Assembly: GCA_002399735.1 (NCBI GenBank)
Contig: DHEF01000053.1
Span: 24,828 to 88,827 of the forward strand
Source: Chitinophagaceae bacterium UBA4857
GTDB taxonomy: Bacteria > Bacteroidota > Bacteroidia > Chitinophagales > Chitinophagaceae
Length of the DNA: 64,000 bases
Direction of reading: 5' to 3'
Shown here: positions 58,322 to 64,000 of the stretch, piece after piece
Layout of the letters: each line of letters begins with the position of its first letter
How positions within the stretch are numbered: position 1 is the first letter of the stretch
The notes under the pieces: model-generated
Database searches by the model: none
What the model saw: only the letters and a program-made list of their open reading frames with translations
Told to the model about the DNA's origin: nothing
Program-made: the position numbers and the translations under genes

Positions 58322-60538
58322 TTACAAATTGTTATTAATAGCATCCTGAGTACGGTTAACACCCCAGCTTAAAAAGCAACCGATAAAAAAGAAACGCTGT
58401 GCCGGCGGATTAATAGCTTGTTTAAATGTACCATCATGGTTATAATTATAGCCAAACACTTGTTTTGAGTTTAATACATTGGTTACACTGGCCATAATAA
58501 CTAAAAAAGTTTTTGCTTTGGCGTTACCTGCTTGTGGTACATAATTTACACTAAAGCCAAGGTTATTGTAAGGTATAGTTTTGCCGTTGTCCTTAATCTC
58601 AAATTTATTACCCGTGTTTTGCATAAAGTAATAAGGACGGCCGGTAGCAAACGTGTAAGTGAAATTAAAGCCCGTTTTCCATTTCATGACAAACTTTTTA
58701 GTAACTAAGTTGGCTGTGTGGTTGGAGGCAAAATTAGGTTGTAATTTTTGCGGGTAATATAAAAAATCACGTTTGGTGTCAAGGTATGAGTAGCTAATCC
58801 AATAGTCTAATTCTTTAATTGTTTTTTTATCACGCCAGAAAACTTCAAAACCCTGGGCGTAACCGGTACCATCGGTATTAATGGCCGGAAAAGTTTTAAC
58901 CAAAGCATTGTATTTTTTGTAAAATGCTTCTACCCTAAAAATTTGCAGATCGGTCATACGTTGCCAGTTAACAATATAGTGGGTAGCTTTTGTGTAATTA
59001 ATATCGCGGGTAAATTGTAAAATATCGTTTTCCGGTTTTTGGTAAAACATACCGTAAGCAAAACTCATTTGCGATGCTTTACCTGTTTTATAAGCCATAG
59101 ATAAACGTGGGGCAATATTTGCTTTTTGTATAATGGACGAGTATTCAAATCTTGCACCCAATTTAAGTGCTAAATCATTAGTAGCATGTATATCCGTTTC
59201 GGCAAAAACACTGGTCAACTGATCTTTTAAAGAAAAATCAAAAGCATTGTATTTTATGCGGGTATCATTATACCAATGTTCTGTACCAAAACGTAACATA
59301 TTTATGCCCACCATTCTTTTTTCAAAAACTACTTTCACTTGCGAAAATTGCTCCAGTCTGTTTAAGGCAAAGTTGGTGGTATCAATATAATTAATGCCGG
59401 TAGTGGTTGGTTTGTTATCAGCATCTAACACTTGCAAATCAATTAAATCTTTATTGGTACTGTAAGTAGCACCCAATTGCATTTTCCAACCATTTTTTAA
59501 TGTTTCCCGCCAGCTAAGGTTATTATACCAGTTGGTATTGTTTACATCAAAAGCATTTTTAATGGTAGCGTTGTTTATGTTAGGGCGTCTTAATCCCATT
59601 TTACCTGCCGAAAAAGTGGTGTAATATTTTACCATGCCCTTTTTTGTTTTAAAACGGGCATTGGCGTCGGCATTGTAAAAAGCAGGTTTTTTAAAATAGT
59701 CAGGCTTTTGTTTTACAATAGCAAAATAGGCCGATAAATCTGTGTAACCCGCATTAATACCAATTGACGATTTTTTTGTTTTATCAACATGCTGAAAACC
59801 GGCACCCAAAAACACTGAAGAAATAGAGGCACTTGCTTCCGATCTGTTTGGGATGTCAATACTCTCCAGAATAAGTGCCGATGATAAAGCCTGACCATAC
59901 AATGCTGAGTAACCACCGGTGCTAAAAACAGTTCCTTTAAATAAGTTGGGCGAAAATCTTCCTCTTGATGCAATGTCCGGTACGCTGGTACCAAAGGGAT
60001 TGTTCACCAACATACCATCAATAAATTGTTTGGTTTCGTAACCCGCACCACCGCGTACAAACAAACCCTCCTGTTCGCCAACCTGTTGTGCACCGGGTAA
60101 GGTTTTTGCAGCCGATGTAATATCTGCATTGGCGCCACCAACCGTTAATACATCTAAAGTGGTTAAAACTGTAGCTGCTCTTTTTCTGTCACTGGCTTCA
60201 AACGATCCGGCAGTAATGGTTACAGCCGATAGCTCCGTTACTTCTTCTTTTAATGTAAAATTTATATTGATGTCTTCAGCAGCGAGTGTAATATTTTGTT
60301 CGGCAGTTTTATAACCCACATTTCTGGCTTCCAGTATAAAATTTCCTTTCTCGGTAGTGGTAAAACTAAATTTGCCCGATGAGTCGGTAATGCCGCCATC
60401 GTAGGTGTCTTTTACCGTAATGCTGGCACCAATTATTGGTTTGCCTTTTGCCGCTACAGTACCGGTTATTTTAACCTGCGCCTGCACAACAGCACAAAGG
60501 CATAAAATACTAAAACAGAAGGTAAACAGTGATTTCAT
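58322..60538 (-). CDS. TonB-dependent receptor with N-terminal carboxypeptidase-regulatory-like domain
   Basis: Signal peptide, ITGTV...GASI...DGGITDSSGKF, plug LFVRGG...FIDG, GGYSALYGQALS, barrel LGARFEYS and FRVEAFYK. Confidence 0.92.
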   Translation of the reverse strand: MKSLFTFCFSILCLCAVVQAQVKITGTVAAKGKPIIGASITVKDTYDGGITDSSGKFSFTTTEKGNFILEARNVGYKTAEQNITLAAEDININFTLKEEVTELSAVTITAGSFEASDRKRAATVLTTLDVLTVGGANADITSAAKTLPGAQQVGEQEGLFVRGGAGYETKQFIDGMLVNNPFGTSVPDIASRGRFSPNLFKGTVFSTGGYSALYGQALSSALILESIDIPNRSEASASISSVFLGAGFQHVDKTKKSSIGINAGYTDLSAYFAIVKQKPDYFKKPAFYNADANARFKTKKGMVKYYTTFSAGKMGLRRPNINNATIKNAFDVNNTNWYNNLSWRETLKNGWKMQLGATYSTNKDLIDLQVLDADNKPTTTGINYIDTTNFALNRLEQFSQVKVVFEKRMVGINMLRFGTEHWYNDTRIKYNAFDFSLKDQLTSVFAETDIHATNDLALKLGARFEYSSIIQKANIAPRLSMAYKTGKASQMSFAYGMFYQKPENDILQFTRDINYTKATHYIVNWQRMTDLQIFRVEAFYKKYNALVKTFPAINTDGTGYAQGFEVFWRDKKTIKELDYWISYSYLDTKRDFLYYPQKLQPNFASNHTANLVTKKFVMKWKTGFNFTYTFATGRPYYFMQNTGNKFEIKDNGKTIPYNNLGFSVNYVPQAGNAKAKTFLVIMASVTNVLNSKQVFGYNYNHDGTFKQAINPPAQRFFFIGCFLSWGVNRTQDAINNNL

Positions 60539-60554
60539 TTGACTAAATATAAAT

Positions 60555-60586
60555 CAAATGTAAACTGGTTTATATTATAAACCAAA
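60555..60586 (-). promoter_or_regulatory. Promoter of the TBDR operon overlapped by a perfect palindromic operator
   Basis: Minus strand TTTG-N20-TACATTTG; TGGTTTATA-T-TATAAACCA at 60566-60584. Confidence 0.72.
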
Positions 60587-60639
60587 TTTTATTCTAGGAC
60601 CAATTTCTGTTTGTAGAGCTAATAAAAGCGGGTTTATTT

Positions 60640-60850
60640 TTGTTAATCAGCTGCAGAAATACTATTGATCGTCCCTTGCTTTTTAACCCCGAGTTGGCCT
60701 TGTGCGTTTGATTCGGGGCGACGCTCCGTTCGACAGCATCTCGCTAATCATCATCGTGTTATGCAAGTTGTACCACAGAGTTGCCAGGAGTTTTTTTCAC
60801 AGAGTGACACAAAGTTTTTCTCCGTGCCCCTCTGTGAAAAGCCTCTGTGT
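60640..60850. repeat. Composite repeat: left arm, variant core, nested cacagag/ctctgtg inverted repeat
   Basis: gatcgtcccttgc shared with 6566-6578; gcgacgctccgttc; TTTTCACAGAG (60794-60804) / CTCTGTGAAAA (60830-60840). Confidence 0.82.
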
Positions 60851-60867
60851 TACGCTGTAGTTATCTT

Positions 60868-61869
60868 CTACAAAATTTTCAACAACCAACTTCGCAAATC
60901 TTCGCCATATACATCTTTCGCAATGATAGTTCCTGTTTTATCAATTAAAAAATTTGTAGGGTAGGCAGATACGCTATAAATCATGGCAGCTTTATTATCA
61001 CTGCCTTGTAAATCGGTAACATTTACCCAGGGTAAGCGATCCGTTTCAATGCCTTTTATCCATTGTGCTTTATTCGTTTCGGCTGCTACACCCAATATTT
61101 CAAAGCCTTTATTTTTATGGTCGTTATAAATTTTAATCAGTGTCGGATTTTCTTCTCTGCATGGTTCGCACCACGACCCCCAGAATTCTAACAGAATAAC
61201 TTTGTCTTTTATATCGGACAAGGATATGTTTTTACTGCTACTATCTTTTTGTGTGAAATCCACAAACTTATCGCCAATTTTAAGGTTGCGATTTAGGGTA
61301 ATAAAATTGTTGATTTTTGTTCCGTAACTCGTGGATTTAACATCAGCAGAAAAAGATTTGTATAAAGCTGTAACGGTATCCTTACCCCAACTATTAATGT
61401 ATACACTTAAATTATGTGCAGCTATTATTGAAGCAGGGTTGTTCTTTATAAACCAATAAGTGGCTGCATCTTCGTTATTTGCCTTGGTTAATATATTCAT
61501 ATACTCGCTCCACTTTTTTTGATTTGCTCCACCCATGATAACAGCTTTATTAAAACTGCCTTTATCGGCATTAAAAGAAGTTACGCCCTTTTCTAGCCAT
61601 AGTATTACCCGGTCGGCATAATCAGCCGTGCTGATGCTTGCTTTTAAATAATCGTTTATTAAGCTGCCATTAAAACTAAACCGGTTATTAAAGATTATAA
61701 CAGAATCTATTTTTTTATAGCTACCATCAGTAACATCGTTTAAGTATAGTTTGGTGCCATTGGTAAAACCTTGTACTTGCCCTACAATTTTAAATGCCTT
61801 ACCAGGGTTTTGTGCATGTAAAAATTTTAAGATAAAAAGAAATATGAGCGTAACAATTGATTTGATCAT
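60868..61869 (-). CDS. TlpA/AhpC-TSA family thioredoxin-like protein with N-terminal DUF4369-like domain
   Basis: Signal peptide from ATG 61869, FWGSWCEPC (CxxC), PTNFLIDK.G.I. Confidence 0.88.
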   Translation of the reverse strand: MIKSIVTLIFLFILKFLHAQNPGKAFKIVGQVQGFTNGTKLYLNDVTDGSYKKIDSVIIFNNRFSFNGSLINDYLKASISTADYADRVILWLEKGVTSFNADKGSFNKAVIMGGANQKKWSEYMNILTKANNEDAATYWFIKNNPASIIAAHNLSVYINSWGKDTVTALYKSFSADVKSTSYGTKINNFITLNRNLKIGDKFVDFTQKDSSSKNISLSDIKDKVILLEFWGSWCEPCREENPTLIKIYNDHKNKGFEILGVAAETNKAQWIKGIETDRLPWVNVTDLQGSDNKAAMIYSVSAYPTNFLIDKTGTIIAKDVYGEDLRSWLLKIL

Positions 61870-61900
61870 TTTTTGATAGTTGAGTGAATAGGAAAAAGCG

Positions 61901-61989
61901 AACGTCACCTCGACGAAGGAGAGGTCTCCTAAACCTTAAAGTAGTTTTGTATATTGGCAGGAGTTGCCTCCTAACGTCGGCATGACGTT
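61901..61989. repeat. GTCA-type REP-like doublet overlapping the vanZ stop
   Basis: AACGTCA...TGACGTT termini; internal cgacgaaggagaggtctcc / ggagttgcctcctaacgtcg imperfect inverted repeat. Confidence 0.65.
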
Positions 61990-62502
61990 ATCCTTATGTG
62001 GACAATACCGAAAGGTTCGAATAGCTAATGTCGTTTTTTTTCTTTTTGGTATTACATATTGTATCAGTCGCCACACCCCCCAAGCTAAAGCACCTATTGT
62101 ACCACCTAAACTGTTTAATATAATATCATCTATATCAAAAACGCCGCAGCCGGTGTATAGCTGTATATATTCAAAGCCACAACTGATTAAGCAAACGGTT
62201 ATTATTGATAGTATAAAACCAAAGCGACGAAAAGCAAGGAAAGGGAGTAAAAAACCAAGTGGCATAAAGCCTATAATATTGCCCGCAATGTTTTTAAATT
62301 TATAAGTGGTGCTTTTGTTGCTGTAATATATTTTTTTAACGGATGCAAACGGAATGGTGTTGATGCCACTTTGCCTTTTGTTGTTGGAGTGCTGTTGCAC
62401 ACGAAATGTGCCGGGCTCGTTTTTTAGTAAAATAAAATGACAAAGTACCGCCATATTGAGTAATAAAACTAACCAACCTGTTTTGTGTAGTATTTGTTTC
62501 AT
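61936..62502 (-). CDS. VanZ-family membrane protein
   Basis: NTIPF, NIAGNIIGFMPLG, FEYIQL..G.GVFDIDDIILNSLGG. ATG 62502 preferred. Confidence 0.88.
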   Translation of the reverse strand: MKQILHKTGWLVLLLNMAVLCHFILLKNEPGTFRVQQHSNNKRQSGINTIPFASVKKIYYSNKSTTYKFKNIAGNIIGFMPLGFLLPFLAFRRFGFILSIITVCLISCGFEYIQLYTGCGVFDIDDIILNSLGGTIGALAWGVWRLIQYVIPKRKKTTLAIRTFRYCPHKDNVMPTLGGNSCQYTKLL

Positions 62503-62567
62503 CTGTGTAGTTTTGAGTGCTTGTATGTAACAAAATTGTATTGCGGTATATTTTTTAGCAATTTGTT

Positions 62568-62597
62568 TCTGCAAACGGGCAAAATTTGTCTGCAAAC
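62568..62597 (-). promoter_or_regulatory. LytTR-type direct-repeat operator
   Basis: Two identical 9-mers (TCTGCAAAC, minus strand GTTTGCAGA) with a 12-bp spacer, between divergent vanZ and the LytS/LytTR genes. Confidence 0.72.
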
Positions 62598-62643
62598 AAA
62601 AGAGTAGGTCTGTGTAGTATCGGCTATAATTGTAGATTTGCAT

Positions 62644-63660
62644 ATGCGTAGCCGGTATTTGCTTTTTGCGGTTTGTTTTGTTGTTTATTATTTACTGTTA
62701 CATATTGCTTTTGGTTTTCCTACGCTAATGCAGTATGGCTTAACCCGTCGTGTTTTTGAAAATATTACTGTACTGGATTTTGTTTTTTCTTTACTCACGG
62801 CTTTTGTTCCTTATGTCGTTTTATTACGTTGTTACCCTGCAAAAAAATGGCTGCATTGTATTGGCTGGGTAATAATTGGGGTGGGGCTTCTGTTTCTCAT
62901 GCGCTATGGTATTACAGAAGTAATCTCAGTAAAAGGCAGCGAAGCTGCTTATCGTAATCCCGTACGATTGCGTACTTTTTTTAATCGTTACATTTTATAC
63001 ATCATTGTTTATACCATTTACGGCATTGGTTTTTATTTTATCCGGTATGCTTATTTTCAGGAGTTGCAACAAAAAGAGCTGGAATTGCAAAGCCGGCAGG
63101 CGGAATTATCTTTTTTACGATCGCAGGTTAACCCCCATTTTTTGTTTAATACCTTAAATAATATTTATTCCTTGGTGTATTTGCAATCGCCAAAAGCGTT
63201 GGAAACCATTACGGGTTTTTCTGATATTATGCGGTATATGCTGTACGACAGTACCAAAGATGTACCATTGGCGATGGAAATAACCTACATAGAAAAGTAT
63301 ATTGATTTGCAGCAATTAAAAAATGCCCAGCCGTCAACCATAGTATTTACAAAAAAAGGTGATATGGAACATACTTATCTGCCACCATTATTATTAATTC
63401 CCTTTGTAGAAAATGCGTTTAAACATGGTGAATTATCCGAAGCAACAGATAAGTTGGAATTAGCCATTACCAATGCAGATAAACAAACTGTTTTTTATTG
63501 CCATAATAAAATTGCCAATATTAAAAAAGATGCAACGGGTGGTATTGGATTAAAAAATGTACAGCGCAGGTTGGAATTATTGTTTCCCGGTAAACATGTA
63601 TTGGAAATAATAAACGGCCCTATTTATTTTACCGTAAAACTAAAATTAATACATGATTGA
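62644..63660 (+). CDS. LytS/YehU-type membrane sensor histidine kinase
   Basis: TM N-terminus, LRSQVNPHFLFNTLNNIYSL, LIPFVENAFKHG, GIGLKNVQRRLELLFP. ATG 62644 follows TAGATTTG. Confidence 0.92.
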   Translation: MRSRYLLFAVCFVVYYLLLHIAFGFPTLMQYGLTRRVFENITVLDFVFSLLTAFVPYVVLLRCYPAKKWLHCIGWVIIGVGLLFLMRYGITEVISVKGSEAAYRNPVRLRTFFNRYILYIIVYTIYGIGFYFIRYAYFQELQQKELELQSRQAELSFLRSQVNPHFLFNTLNNIYSLVYLQSPKALETITGFSDIMRYMLYDSTKDVPLAMEITYIEKYIDLQQLKNAQPSTIVFTKKGDMEHTYLPPLLLIPFVENAFKHGELSEATDKLELAITNADKQTVFYCHNKIANIKKDATGGIGLKNVQRRLELLFPGKHVLEIINGPIYFTVKLKLIHD

Positions 63661-64000
63661 GGCATCGGTTATACGTTGTGCAGTAATTGATGATGAGTTT
63701 TTGTCGGTAGAACTGATAGCTAACTACATACGACAAACACCCGGCCTGCAATTAGTATTGGCTACTACCAAACCCGGTGAGGTATTGCAGCTGCTGGCAC
63801 AAGATGCGATTGATTTACTTTTTGTGGATATACAAATGCCCGAATTGACAGGTATAGAAATAACCCGGTTAATTGGTAAAAAAGTAAAAGTAATATTTAC
63901 TACGGCTTATGCAAATTATGCAGTGGATGGATTTGAACTGGATATAACCGATTTTTTATTGAAGCCGGTTGCTTATGATAGATTTTTGACAGCAGTTGAT
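63653..64000 (+). CDS. LytTR-family response regulator, 5' part only
   Basis: Not in the ORF track because it has no stop; MIEASVIRCAVIDDE...LLFVDIQMPELTG...IFTTAY..YAVDGF.LD..DFLLKP. The LytTR output domain is beyond the window and inferred from the partner kinase. Confidence 0.88.
   Translation, partial: MIEASVIRCAVIDDEFLSVELIANYIRQTPGLQLVLATTKPGEVLQLLAQDAIDLLFVDIQMPELTGIEITRLIGKKVKVIFTTAYANYAVDGFELDITDFLLKPVAYDRFLTAVD

Noticed and set aside
1255-60850. CRISPR array interpretation of the recurring repeats
   Set aside because: Copies are scattered singly between genes on both strands, with no regular repeat-spacer periodicity and no cas genes.

Overview
AT-rich bacterial chromosome segment, almost certainly Bacteroidota and probably Chitinophagaceae-like. 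This is inferred from TAnnTTTG promoters, a fused ccoNO, T9SS/PorE-type proteins, TPR-HisKA_3 and LytS/LytTR systems, and a TonB receptor. I found no rRNA, tRNA, CRISPR array, prophage or transposase gene. The window is mostly housekeeping: dprA, queE, folD, radC, prs-rplY-pth, pckA, purS, rsmI, rsmG, tgt, futalosine mqnB/mqnD, two tandem PTPS/QueD paralogues plus folE, fabD, fabH and a methionine gamma-lyase-like enzyme. It also carries a complete cbb3 oxidase cluster (ccoI-S-NO-Q-P-G-H-DsbD2), four NarL/LuxR regulators, a TonB-receptor/winged-helix operon and a LytTR system. The most unusual signal is non-coding. (1) A modular superfamily of dispersed intergenic repeats has about 18 pieces in 64 kb, with a covarying palindromic core, interchangeable arms and a related 115-125 nt GGCTG...AGCCCCAAA element. 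(2) Degenerate 7-mer tracts and nested inverted repeats look like empty cargo sites. (3) Two unannotated minus-strand transcription units appear at about 29300-29545 (promoter, 20-codon ORF, UUCG terminator) and about 22985-23105 (behind a NarL-type operator). (4) Operators can be read directly for NarL, LytTR, FNR-like and winged-helix regulators. (5) Many promoters sit only 3-4 nt before the ATG. Protein oddities are a PTPS carrying both the C-X5-HGH and E-X2-HGH motifs, a CcoP with a second internal signal-peptide-like segment, and an HhH-containing outer-membrane barrel near dprA and radC. All product calls come from motif recognition; no database searches were run.
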